DNA from: Schizochytrium sp. TIO01
Lineage: Eukaryota > Protista > Bigyra: Labyrinthulomycetes
NCBI GenBank assembly: GCA_004764695.1
Contig: SMSO01000035.1
Span: 3,236,040 to 3,300,039, forward strand
Direction: 5' to 3'
Length of the DNA stretch: 64,000 nucleotides
Of this stretch, positions 37,783 to 49,135 are shown one piece after another. Made by a program: the position numbers and the translations under genes. Positions within the stretch are counted from its first letter, which is position 1; the number at the start of each line of letters is the position of its first letter. Below the pieces are notes generated by a model, which saw only the letters and a list, made by a program, of their open reading frames with translations, was not told the origin of the DNA and searched no databases.

Positions 37783-40700
37783 CTAATCTGTGTTTGCGTA
37801 AACTTTTCGAATTATCTTCTGCACAATCTCTGTGATTAGTGATGCGGTGAGCATCTCTGGCGCATCTACCGATTGGAGATCTCGAGGCAAAAACGGTTCA
37901 ACAGACAGTTCTTGTGCGACCCTATCCAGTACAGCATCGAGCTCGTCAGAGGGATTTGCGACCTCTTGATCTTCTACACCGAACTTTGCCATGAAGGCGG
38001 CCTGAATAATTGGTCGCAGTTGCTCAATATCTTCGGCGCATAGATCGACCAGATCTGGACCGCCATCTCCTTCATCATCATCTGCATCAGTGCCCATTAA
38101 TTTCATATCTGTCCCACCTGACTCCTTAAACCTTTCAAGTTTAGCTGTGCAAATCCGGAGGGACTCTTTCGTTGATTGAGTGGAAGCTCTTTCGAGACCA
38201 AAGACCCTGACTCGGATCTCAAGAGCTTCTTTGAAATTCTTGCAAGCTTGAGACATGAATTCCTCTATTTTCTCTCGAACCTGCTCAATATCTTCATCTG
38301 CAACATCGTCGATGCGGGTAATCTCGCGAGAGGCCGCGTCAAAATACAATGTACCCAAGTTATGCAAAGTAGTAGCAAGTTCAGGGTGTTGATCTCCCAT
38401 TTTCACACGGTAGATTAACACAGCCCGCGAGTAATGGTCTTCCGCCTTGAGGAAGTTGTCTTCTTCCCCAGCCTCGTCATCTTTACGAAACGCTTGATCT
38501 GCAAGTTCCTGGCAAACGGACCCAATGTTAGTGCAAGTAGCAGCATACGCTGGATGATCTTCACCAAGGCGACGAACTTGTGAAGCCTTTGCTAGCATGT
38601 GGAAAGTAAGCGCAGTGTCGAACTCTTTCAGCTGCGAGTAAACGAGGCCTAGGTTATTTGAAGCTGCAGCGACATCACTATGTGCGTGACCCAAAGTTTC
38701 ACTGAGAGCTGTGTATCCTTGCATTACAAGCCCAAGAGCCGCTTCAGGGTCGTTTCGCTTAAGCAAGAGCATGCCCATGTCGATTTGTGAACGAGCCACA
38801 GATGGATGATTTGGTCCAAAAGCACGGGTACGAATATCTAGACTTCGCTCGTACCAACGTCGTGCAGCATCAAGGTTGCCCAACTCTTCGCTTAGAAGAC
38901 CTAATGCATTAGCCGTTTGCGCTACGTCACGATGGGCCTTGCCACTCACGCTCTCCTTAATTGTGAGCGATTTCCGGTACATAGATTCTGCCTCAGCGAA
39001 GTTGCCAAGTTTCAGATGGAGAAAACCAAGATTATCGTATCCGACAGCTAGCTGCAAATTGTCTTCGCCATAAAGCTGTCGATCTATATCCACTGCACGG
39101 GATTTGAGCTTCATTGACACATCGTACTTGCAGTATACGCGCTCATAAACATCTGCCAGCTCACTGCATGAGATTGCAATTTTATCGTGAACAGCACCAT
39201 ATAACACTGTGTTGTATGCAATTTCGTCTTGGCGAATCTCCACTGCACCGTCATACATACCTAGTAAAACCAAGAGAGTTGACACGTAATCCATAATTTC
39301 TGCAGCTTGCTCAATTTTTGGTCGAAGTTCGTCTAGATCAGCTTTGGTAATTTTATGCAACTCTTTGGGCACCTCCTTTTTGCTATCTCTTGCAGACTCG
39401 CACAAGAAGGATTCTACAGAAACGGGCGCTGCAACACCGGTACGGGTAGACCACGTTGTGTCAATATCACGCCAGTAAATTACTAGCTCGTACTTTTTAG
39501 ACTCGTCTTGGAGCATATCTCGTAGAACGTCAATTTGAGAAGCATAATTCGCTAATTCATCATGGCGCTCAGCTCGCAACAAGTGATATGGGAGTTCACG
39601 AATCTGCCGAGAAAAGCTGTTCGCACCCACATCTTCTCTACCAAAGAAGACGGACAATCGCCAATGTAAAACTTGGCGAATCTTATCAGGGAAGCCACCA
39701 AGTTGGTTCCGCACAGCCTCTTTAGCAGCATCGTGGAAGAACCGTAGAAGTCCCGATGTTGAACATAGCTGTTCTCGCATGCTAAAGAGTAACTGAACAA
39801 ATTTCCGCACTTTGCTGTCATCATCAATATGGAAATCTAATGAAAGAGGCGCAATGTCGATTGCAGTAACCCCGGCTTTCCGAAGAATCGGCCCAAAGTC
39901 AATCGCAAGAACTTCACGAAGTTCCTGATCCGTAATTCCATCACGTGCGCACAGGACCAGACCGATAGCCCACTGCATTTGTTCCTGGCCACACTCTGCT
40001 CCCATGCGATCAAGGACAATGCCAAAGAGCTCTGGGTTAGTCTCAGCTTTAAGCAATGTTTCTAGATGGGCAGTAAGCTGAAAAAAATTACCAAACAGAC
40101 GTGCTTCGTCTAGTAGAGTGCGAAGAAATAAAGGGTTGTGAGCCGGTGGGGCGTCAAGAACCATTTTAATCTGGGTTTCATCGAGCTTCTTTGCATGTTC
40201 GGCAAGATAGTCCACTACAACTCGTCGTCGTTGATCAATGTCAAGATCAGTGATACTTACGCAACGACCTTCTCGTTCCATCCAATGGAAACTGACAACT
40301 TCCTCGGATCCCGAATTGGAGAAACGGCGGGTTGTAGGCATAGCATCAGGTTTGTCATTGAAAGTTGAGCTTGCTCGTGAGGCAGCCTCCAAGGCCCCTC
40401 GTGAACGTGCAGTTCTCGCTGTTTGCATGTGTTCAAGGCCAAGTTGAGCCTGTTTAAATGACGCAATGAGAGAAATACCTTGGATTGGAGGCATCCAAAA
40501 CAAAGTACGCGAGTGGGCTTTATCCTCAAGTTGGTCTAGACCATCAAGCACCACGACTGGCTGAATCTTTACCTCGCTAGCTTTCGACACTACAGAGACC
40601 AGGAAATCCGGAAGAACTTCAATAAGCTGCTGCTCGTTGAGTTGAAGAACATCATCAGGCCGAAATCCATGTTTTACCTCATCTGTATTTGTGTCTCTTA

Positions 40701-42102
40701 TCTTAGCTTTGAGTTCTTGGCAATAATCACGAATATCAAGATCGAACCGCCGTCCAAAGAATGCTAGTACGCGACGGATGATGTGATAGTGACTTGTACT
40801 TTCTGTTGTGCACCCAATGTAATGTACAAAAACTGATTTAGTGGATTTGTCACGCTGTTTGAACACCCAGTTTGCAAGTAATGCAGATTTACCCATGCCA
40901 GAGGGACCTACAATCGCTAATCCTGGGCCCGAGCTAACAGCAGCAGCATCAAGTTCTTGAAAAGAATTTTCGGCAGGTACATAGCCCATGCGTTTGGACG
41001 CAGCAAATGCCTCATGTTGTAGATCAATGAAGTCCCACGTATTAAGTGCCTCTTTGTCCATGGGAAACTCAAGCTCAATTGCACGAGCTACGTCCTCAAC
41101 GAGTTTTTTTGATAAATCACTGACACGGTCATAGTCAAAGCTTCGATCTGGAAACCTCTCTCGTACTTCATCTTTGAGGCGGTTTTGTCCCTTGCGTGCG
41201 TAATCGTTCTCAGCTTCGTATGCAGGCAGATCGTCTGGATGAATGTCTTGCGCCATATTTTGCTTGAAAGCTTCATGCTGTCGAAAATAGAACGTAACAG
41301 ACTCTGCAAGATCTGGACGAAGTAAAGCTCCATGGAGCATCTCCAGTTCTGTGACAGAGCGATCGCGGTATTCAGCGACCCATGGATATCGGGCTTCACC
41401 AATGTCCATTGTTTGCTCAAGAAGATTATCTACATAGTCAGCACTAGCGGGGGGTAAATGCCAGCCGTATCGCTCTCCGAGAAGGCCCACAAAAAATGGC
41501 CTACAAGCATCGATTTCTTGCAGACACAAACGTACTACGGCTCCTCCACTACTTTCCTCACTCGTTACACCCCAGCGCAAATCAACAAAGACAACAGTCA
41601 CACCCCGCGATTCGCCAAACTTTCGCAATTCTGGCAAAGCATGTCTCATGAGATAATCTCGTTCCAGCGCGAAGTCCCGAAATGTACTGGAGATGAAAAC
41701 ACGCACGGTTCTTGACTCAGCAAGGCGAACCTTATTAAGCTTGAGATACTTTTCGGCTTCTGGCGCAGCTTCAACACCATCAATTCTTGTCTTTTGTCTT
41801 TGTCGAGGAACATCTGGGTTGGGCTTTTTGTTTTCATCTTCACTTTTAGTCGTCTCTACTAAATTTTCTTTGACTACTTCTTTGACTACCTCTGGTGATT
41901 TCTCTTCTTGCTGTTGTTCGTCATTTATCTGCTGCTGTGTGTTGTTGTTGGTTTCTTGCGATTTTTTCGCATCATCAGTCTGCTTCTGTTCCTGCTGCTT
42001 TGGTGTAGTCGATTGCGAGGGCTGCTTTTGAGCTTGCTGAGGTTTCCTCAGGCTATCAGGTCCATCTGCCACGCGGGTGCTCTTGCTCGCGCAGGCTCCC
42101 AT
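37783..42102 (-). CDS. NPHP3/TEP1-like STAND protein: DUF4062 + NACHT-like NTPase + TPR array, predicted N-myristoylated (1439 aa)
   Basis: VRVFISSTFRDF..ERDYL and VDLRWGV (DUF4062); Walker A GPSGMGKSALLANW; Walker B VVVLDGLDQL; kinesin-light-chain-type TPRs. The first ATG (42102) gives MGACAS. Confidence 0.88.
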   Translation of the reverse strand: MGACASKSTRVADGPDSLRKPQQAQKQPSQSTTPKQQEQKQTDDAKKSQETNNNTQQQINDEQQQEEKSPEVVKEVVKENLVETTKSEDENKKPNPDVPRQRQKTRIDGVEAAPEAEKYLKLNKVRLAESRTVRVFISSTFRDFALERDYLMRHALPELRKFGESRGVTVVFVDLRWGVTSEESSGGAVVRLCLQEIDACRPFFVGLLGERYGWHLPPASADYVDNLLEQTMDIGEARYPWVAEYRDRSVTELEMLHGALLRPDLAESVTFYFRQHEAFKQNMAQDIHPDDLPAYEAENDYARKGQNRLKDEVRERFPDRSFDYDRVSDLSKKLVEDVARAIELEFPMDKEALNTWDFIDLQHEAFAASKRMGYVPAENSFQELDAAAVSSGPGLAIVGPSGMGKSALLANWVFKQRDKSTKSVFVHYIGCTTESTSHYHIIRRVLAFFGRRFDLDIRDYCQELKAKIRDTNTDEVKHGFRPDDVLQLNEQQLIEVLPDFLVSVVSKASEVKIQPVVVLDGLDQLEDKAHSRTLFWMPPIQGISLIASFKQAQLGLEHMQTARTARSRGALEAASRASSTFNDKPDAMPTTRRFSNSGSEEVVSFHWMEREGRCVSITDLDIDQRRRVVVDYLAEHAKKLDETQIKMVLDAPPAHNPLFLRTLLDEARLFGNFFQLTAHLETLLKAETNPELFGIVLDRMGAECGQEQMQWAIGLVLCARDGITDQELREVLAIDFGPILRKAGVTAIDIAPLSLDFHIDDDSKVRKFVQLLFSMREQLCSTSGLLRFFHDAAKEAVRNQLGGFPDKIRQVLHWRLSVFFGREDVGANSFSRQIRELPYHLLRAERHDELANYASQIDVLRDMLQDESKKYELVIYWRDIDTTWSTRTGVAAPVSVESFLCESARDSKKEVPKELHKITKADLDELRPKIEQAAEIMDYVSTLLVLLGMYDGAVEIRQDEIAYNTVLYGAVHDKIAISCSELADVYERVYCKYDVSMKLKSRAVDIDRQLYGEDNLQLAVGYDNLGFLHLKLGNFAEAESMYRKSLTIKESVSGKAHRDVAQTANALGLLSEELGNLDAARRWYERSLDIRTRAFGPNHPSVARSQIDMGMLLLKRNDPEAALGLVMQGYTALSETLGHAHSDVAAASNNLGLVYSQLKEFDTALTFHMLAKASQVRRLGEDHPAYAATCTNIGSVCQELADQAFRKDDEAGEEDNFLKAEDHYSRAVLIYRVKMGDQHPELATTLHNLGTLYFDAASREITRIDDVADEDIEQVREKIEEFMSQACKNFKEALEIRVRVFGLERASTQSTKESLRICTAKLERFKESGGTDMKLMGTDADDDEGDGGPDLVDLCAEDIEQLRPIIQAAFMAKFGVEDQEVANPSDELDAVLDRVAQELSVEPFLPRDLQSVDAPEMLTASLITEIVQKIIRKVYANTD

Positions 42103-44800
42103 GCTTACTAAGACCACTGCGCATACGGTGCTTGCACGTTTGCAAAGTTTGTGAGCAAGGCCAGCGTTTATAGTTCTCCCCGTGAGTTTCTGCACGGTTG
42201 CTTCCTAGAGTCATGCTATTTAGGGTTTCAATACTACACAGACTTTGAAGAGCTGGTTCTAGTACCTGCTATCGCAGCCCCTAGTTTGTGAAGGAAAAGG
42301 CCATACCGGATCACTTTGTGTGACTTTTGGCATCGTAAGAAGGTGGATACACCTAGGAACCTGACGCGTCAAAACAGCCATTCTTAGCTAGCTAGCACTG
42401 CCCCCAACAACAAACGGGAGGCGAACGTACTTCCGTATTTTAGTAGCATCTCTTCTCCTAAGGAATCCACGCTCATCCAAAACCTTCGTGCTTCCGTCAC
42501 CGCTGCTGCCAGAAAAAACTACTGCTCCAGCAGTAACGGTAACCCAAGAAAGACTCTCTCGTCCTGTCTCCAATCCTACACCGTTCTGTTCCATTCCAAC
42601 GCGTTCCATTCTGGGGTGTTCCATACCGTTCTATCTATTGACAAAGCGAAACAAGATCATCATAGGCTCCTTCCTCCTCAAACGAGTTGGCAACTTGGTC
42701 TTTAAGCTCCTGCTCCGTCTCCGCTTAGGGTGGTCTGGAGCAGTGTTTGATCACCTACGTCTTCGAAAGAGTACCCTCACGCACCGCGTTCTCCTCATTC
42801 GAGGGTGCCTTCAGGTTTCGATCGGGCTTCATCAACTTCGAAAGTGAGTGGGTATCTTTCTTCTTGTAAGATAGTCCTCCTATTATGATTGTAGGTCGTA
42901 TGGTTTTCTGTCAACTCGTTCGTATTGTGTTGTTTATGACAAAAGTAATTATTATTGTTTGTTTATCGCTAGTTTTAAAAAATGATAAACATACTGCCAT
43001 GGTATGACTTGAAGTAAATAAAATAGCAGTAAACAAACAACTTGAAGCGTTGAGCTCAATATCTTTTCTCTACTTTTTACTTTTTATCTATTTTGCAGAG
43101 GTAGCGGGTCTATCAGGAGGCTATCGCCTACGCTAAAGCAGAGAAACACTTTATCCGCGAAAATCACGGAAAAGAACGGTCCATTATTCGTGTAATTGCG
43201 TTCTGTCCACCCCAGAGTACTTCTCCTCTCAGACCCACTGCCATATAAATCACTATCTTTCGGCCGCGTTCTTTTTCATCATTCCTACTATCATGATCCT
43301 GTCCGCAAGAAGACAACATACTGCCACTCCTTACCCCAAATCCGTAAGGTAACCCTCTAGTTGTCATTACCGACGTATACTATTACATCCAGATCCCCCT
43401 TACTCACAGTAGTTTACCTACGGTAGTCTATATAGGGTTTAAGGTGGTAAATTGGTAAGCACGTGAAGGTGCGCGTGTGCTTCCTTGAAATGCACTTTTA
43501 GCTTTGGCGTCGAAAGACCTCGGGGAACCCGCACTCCGAATCGGTACAAGAGCTAAATTTGCACCAGAAAAGATGCATTTCTGATTCGTTTCTTCGCGCT
43601 CGAGAGATCGCGCAATGCGTCTTCGTCATCATACAACGGAAGCCTCGTCTCGCGCATGAATGTCTACGTAGTGACCCGAATTCGCTCCAGCTTCTTCAAT
43701 TTACTTTAGATTGTTTGATTGGTTGTTTGATTGTTTTAATGGTTGTTTGATTGGTTGAATGATTGGGTGAATGATTGTGGTGTACTTGACTCTTCGATAG
43801 GCTGGTCGTCTCTCGATCGCACAACCCACTCGTTTCAAGCTTGAGATGGTCTCTATATCTGGTTTTCGGACAGGGCTCTTCGATTGCTGTGATGGATGGC
43901 AAAAGTTTGATCAGAATCTCGGGTTTCTTTCTATGCATGGATCGAAACAAGATTGACGAACGTCGAATTCTGTACCATTTTCTTCGTTCTGGTACTTCGA
44001 CTGGGTTGCCCTGTGCTATGCGGACGGAGGATGCGAACTGCTGATGCTCTGTGCTCAGAAGCGATGGCAGAATAGCCTCAATATCGCAGCGTGGGCTTTC
44101 ATTCATGGACGTTGCGCTTTGTGTGAAGAGGAAAGAGACGCTCTCTGAAGCAAAGCACAAAGTCCCAAATTCAAGCGAAAATTCAAACGAATTTAAGTAC
44201 TATTATGTAGAACAAGTACCCACAAATTAAAAGCAAAATCTTTTTATTCTCTCAGGCTGTGAAATAAATATCATGAAAAAAAAACGAACGGATTTAACTG
44301 ACATGACATGGACTATCCTGCATCCGATCCATTAAATGGGCAATGTTTCACTAACTCTGACTTGTATCTAAACTAATTCTACCCTTCCTGGGTTTATATG
44401 TTGACTGCGATACTCTCTTCGCCACCTTTTGCAAAGGTTCGCTTTGCGGTTCTCTTTGTAGCTTCAAAATTCCGAATCTTTCACTACCCATACATATTCC
44501 TAAGTTTTTCACTATGCCATACTAGTCTCTCCTATGATGACCTTTTCGCTGTATCACACAGGTACGCCTGACTAGGGCTTCAATAGGTATGACTAATACT
44601 GCTTCCCTTCAATTTTATTTATTTATTTAAAGTAAAATAACTATTTTAAAATAAATAAATAAAATAAATAGGTGTAGTACTAGTAGGAAATAGGGATAAA
44701 GCGAAGTGATTACAAATTATCACTTTAGTTTCTAATTTTAAAAATAAAATAAAAATAGCTTTTGCAATTCTGAGGTGAGAACAGTGAGAAAGACAAATGT

Positions 44801-44840
44801 AATGCAATGCAATGCAATGCAGTGCAACGCAGTGCAACAC
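44801..44840. repeat. (AATGC)n imperfect pentanucleotide repeat
   Basis: aatgcaatgcaatgcaatgcagtgcaacgc read directly. Confidence 0.75.
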
Positions 44841-45698
44841 AGCGAATGTAGGCAGAACGAAGCATCGGTGGCCTTGTGTCCACGCTGATCTACCACCGTC
44901 GTAGGTCTCCTTCTCAGCCCCCAGCGACTTCCTGGTTTTGCCCCAACTTGATTTATCTCATCTGCTCCGCTTTGTCTCGCGACTTTGCGCCGCAATCAGG
45001 CGCGTATTTTATTTGTACCGGGGCCATGAATGGATGTACAGCAGTAGCACTTTGCTACCCAAACGATAGGAGTGCCTATATTAAAATACGTCGCACTGGC
45101 GTATTAAAATATGCGGCCTCGACGAGGGTCGCGTGCCTCCAAACCCTCATCACGTGGAGGAGCGAGCCCGAGCCCTCGTCGCAGGCAGCTCCTTCGCTCC
45201 GTACGGCGACGGCTTTTCCCTGTTTCGAGGCCTCGAAGGATCCTACGCGCGGCTGCGAGTGGGTGCTCCTTCGCTCGATCGTCCCGATCGCGGGATCGAT
45301 TGATTGGGCTCGCAAAGTCCCTCGTTTGTTGCGCTGTTCTTCTTTTATTACTCAGCCTCAACACGAAGTTTAACTTCGACTTCGACCTTGATTGCACAAA
45401 CGTGGAGCACTGCTTGCGAGGTCGCCACTTAGCTGCTTTGGCCTCGGGTTGGCACCTGGTTGACGTCGTCACCAGATTTGAGACGCTTGGTGTACGAAGG
45501 TCTTTCTGGGGCATACTGATATATACATAGCAAAGCACCCTACTTTTGCTATTTATTTGAGGAGACTTTGAAATACATCTAAATCCTTGCACATCTTAAT
45601 ATCTAGTGCAAGTTTTGAGAAAGCATAAATCCTCAAAGTGGCAGTCTTGTCTTTAGAGTTAACCTGAGGAGGCCTGCTTCAGTTGGCGTTTGAGTGCG

Positions 45699-47645
45699 AT
45701 GGGTACCAAGCCCTCGCCACAGTCTTCGAGCGAAAGTGCTGCTGCTGCCAACCAAGCACCGCCGGCAACGTCATGTTGTGTGCCATTTTCGCAGATTTTT
45801 GGCATTAAGTCTTCTTCTCAAAAATCTGTACCAAAGTCGAGCAAAGAAGATGCTGTACTCCGTGAACAACCTAGACAACAAACTTCTTCTTCTCAGACTT
45901 CAAGAGACACTTTGAACGATGTTTCAAACGACCACAGCATGGCACCCAGGCTTGCAAGGCCTGCCACAGCACCCTCTGGCAAAGCTGAGCCACGAAAGAG
46001 GCTTAACGCAATAGCGTCGTTGCGCAAAAGATTACAACTGCTCAGTAACACAAAGGCAGGGTCCGAGACAAGTTCTGAAGCAGCGTACTCTCCTCGCAAT
46101 TCCGATATGCACTTTGACAATACTAGCTCGACGCCACGGAGCTTGGCAGGCCCATCAATGAGCTCCCCAGCACCAGTAGCTGAAAATTCTGCAACAACCT
46201 CGCAACGCATTTCCGTCCCTACCAGCAGCCTTACTGTGCTTCCAGATATTCCCGTCATGAACCTGGTGCCGGGAGAGGCCGCTCGCGTAAGTAACCCCGC
46301 TGATAATCCTGCAGATCAGGACTCTATGCCACACATTGAGTCTCCGCGATATGAGCGTGATTCTTCGACTCGTACTTTGACGCACTCAAGTTCGAGCTCT
46401 GGATCTTCACTGGCCCGCTCCTCATCATCAGGCTTTCGAGGCCGGGGTCATCAGCGTAGAATTGTCATATCCAAAATTGAAAACAACTGCATTGGCAAGT
46501 ATGAGTGCCTCGCGCTCATTGGAAAGGGGTCATTTGGGAAAGTTTTCTTAGCAAGTACACCTGAACATGTCCCTGTCGCAGTCAAGGTCTTGCCAAAAGC
46601 CCGTCTAGCGACACGCCGAAAACAGCGTTTGCTCGCTGACGAAAAGCAGGTAATGGTCCAGTGTGGCCAACATCCATTTATTCTAGCACTCATCGAGGCC
46701 TTTCAGACCAAGGACCACATCTGTCTCGTATCTGAGTTCTGCGAAGGTGGGGAGATGTTCTTTCACCTTGATCGTGCCGGTCATTTCCAGGAGATTTCTG
46801 TGCGCTTCTATTGCGCCGAGATCGCAAGTGCCTTGGTGCACTTGCACAGGCATCGCATTGCATACCGCGATCTCAAGTCAGAAAACATCCTCCTTGATAG
46901 AAAGGGCCACATTCGCCTCGCAGATTTCGGTCTAGCTGCTCCAAACGTTAGTGAATGGCGTGGAGCTCGAAGCGTTTGTGGCACACCTGCGTATATCGCA
47001 CCAGAGATGATTCGCCAAGGTGGTCGTTCTGGCATTGGCTACGGCTACTGTGTCGACTGGTGGGCGCTTGGCACGCTCATGTACGACATGCTCATTGGCC
47101 ACCCTCCATTTTACAGCGCTAGTATGGACACAATGTGTGAGAACATTCTCAACCGTCAACTTACCTTTCCTGTACACGTGCGCACTTCATCGGCAGCAAG
47201 AGACATTATTCGTCGCTTCTTACGACGAACACCAGAGCAACGTCTTGGTGCCTCAACTGCTGGTGGCTACGAGGCAGTTCTCAAACACCCCTTCTTTTCG
47301 TCTGTGGATTGGGTAAACCTTATCTCTAATGCCAGGAGACCAGCTCCTGTCCAGCTTCGGATGCCTTCGCGTGCAGTCCAGCCTGCAGGATCTAGTAAAA
47401 GTGATGAAGCCTTTGATATTCGCAACTTCCACTCTGACTTTACGAACACATCTGTTGAGGAGTCACTGCGTGTAGAACCGGCGCCCCGAACGAGTCGGCG
47501 CCGCCGGTCTGTAGGCGAGTCCACATCAGCGCAGCTGCTTTCCGAGTCAAGTCCGTTCCTTCAAAATTGGAATTATGTTGCGCCACCGCGAAACTCCATG
47601 TCCTCCATGTCTTTCTCTGAGGCAAGCTCGCTCTCTGTTGCGTAA
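45699..47645 (+). CDS. AGC-family Ser/Thr protein kinase (SGK/S6K/PKB-like) with a disordered N-terminus
   Basis: GKGSFGKV, VAVKVL, YRDLKSEN, ADFG, CGTPAYIAPE and DWWALG; AGC tail FDIRNF..DFT. The ATG at 45699 gives MGTKPS (possible myristoylation). Confidence 0.93.
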   Translation: MGTKPSPQSSSESAAAANQAPPATSCCVPFSQIFGIKSSSQKSVPKSSKEDAVLREQPRQQTSSSQTSRDTLNDVSNDHSMAPRLARPATAPSGKAEPRKRLNAIASLRKRLQLLSNTKAGSETSSEAAYSPRNSDMHFDNTSSTPRSLAGPSMSSPAPVAENSATTSQRISVPTSSLTVLPDIPVMNLVPGEAARVSNPADNPADQDSMPHIESPRYERDSSTRTLTHSSSSSGSSLARSSSSGFRGRGHQRRIVISKIENNCIGKYECLALIGKGSFGKVFLASTPEHVPVAVKVLPKARLATRRKQRLLADEKQVMVQCGQHPFILALIEAFQTKDHICLVSEFCEGGEMFFHLDRAGHFQEISVRFYCAEIASALVHLHRHRIAYRDLKSENILLDRKGHIRLADFGLAAPNVSEWRGARSVCGTPAYIAPEMIRQGGRSGIGYGYCVDWWALGTLMYDMLIGHPPFYSASMDTMCENILNRQLTFPVHVRTSSAARDIIRRFLRRTPEQRLGASTAGGYEAVLKHPFFSSVDWVNLISNARRPAPVQLRMPSRAVQPAGSSKSDEAFDIRNFHSDFTNTSVEESLRVEPAPRTSRRRRSVGESTSAQLLSESSPFLQNWNYVAPPRNSMSSMSFSEASSLSVA

Positions 47646-48544
47646 TTGTTTTTCACCCTCTTCACTCGGTAGTTTACGGCAATGGAGCTCTCCACTCGTG
47701 CCTTCGTTGTCGCACTAATGGGAGTCCCATGTATCTTCTATATTCCTTTCTCTCTCACCATTTGATCTGGGAATCTGTAGTACTTCTGACCAGGTCAGAT
47801 CTGACCGATTCAAATGTTGGCACAGACTTTTGTTTCTTCTTATGTTGTCACTTCTACTCCTTATTTCTATTTAGTGATAGTTCTTTCTCGCTCTGGGCGT
47901 CTCTGGAAACGGAGCTGCTGAAAAGGAAGGCTTAGACATGTGAGTCGAGTGCTCGGGCTTCTGTATTGCTCTTGTTGTCGCTCTCATGGGTATGCCTTCC
48001 CTCTCGTTCTTCTCGCTCTTTTTGTCCCTGTTTTCTTTGTTGATGTACACGATAGTAATAAAATAACCAAACAATAAAGAACCTTCTGTTTCTCTTCATT
48101 CATGATATTTAAAGGCATTTTCATCTTGTCTTTTGGCTACTAAAGAGTACAATAACTTTCCTGTAGCAGCAGCATAACAAGCTTCAAGTTATCCTCGCTT
48201 GTGTAAGTAACTGAAACCCATTCTGTTAACTCCCCAACAGCCTACAACTAGATTTTATATAATCTATCGTGAACAACTTGACCTCAAAGAGTAGGAAGGA
48301 CGTTTTGCTCGTTCAAGTCACATGCAAGCCTTTTAAAGCTAGGGTGTAGATTGTTCTCATATCCTGAATAATTATAATTCCTTTCTACTTGACTTTCTGG
48401 AAACAATGATTAAGTCCACCACCTACTGGTTACAAGCTCCAAAACATATCCAAGGAACACCATCACTTAGGTTCTCGGTCTTTATAATACCTAGGTAGTA
48501 GGTACGGGTGACTTCTGGGATTCACCCATCAAGAAACAAAACTT

Positions 48545-49000
48545 AGATTACTAAACCCCAGTGGGAACTAATAATCAGCTATTTTAGATTACTAAACCCC
48601 AGTGAGAATTAATAATCAGCTATTTGATTCCCAGTAGGAACTAATTATCAGCTATTTGGGATTCTTAAACCCCAGTGGGAACTAATAATCAGCTATTTTG
48701 GATTTTTAAACCCCAGTGGGAACTAATAATCAGCTAATTCATTCTTAAACCCCAGTGGGAACTCATAATCAGCTATTTTAGATTATTAAACCCCAGTGGG
48801 AACTAATAATCAGCTATTTTGGATTCTTAAACCCCAATGGGAACTAATAATAAGCTATTTTGGATTCTTAAACCCCAGTGGGAACTAATAGTCAGCTATT
48901 TTGGATTCTTAAACCCCAATGGGAACTAATAATCAGCTATTTTGGATTCTTAAACCCCAGTAATAACTAAGAATCAACTAATTGAGTTTTAAACACCAGT
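48545..49000. repeat. 41-bp minisatellite, about 11 copies (consensus ttaaaccccagtgggaactaataatcagctattttggattc)
   Basis: Head-to-tail copies read directly; one shortened copy and degenerate terminal copies; no unique spacers. Confidence 0.95.
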
Positions 49001-49135
49001 TTAAAGTTTTTATCTGTCTACAACTCCTTAACTTAAAAACTAAGTTAATAAGTTATTATAATACTCCCAATCAAACAAACTTTGAAGATTTTTATTCATT
49101 TATTTATCTATCCATCTCGAAGAAGGTAGGGAATA

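Noticed and set aside
42103-42195. ORF-track GTG-initiated extension of the NACHT protein
   Set aside because: Non-ATG start; the ATG at 42102 gives a good myristoylation motif
48545-49000. 41-bp array as a CRISPR or guide-RNA array beside a nuclease
   Set aside because: Units are head-to-tail near-identical with no unique spacers, and there are no cas genes
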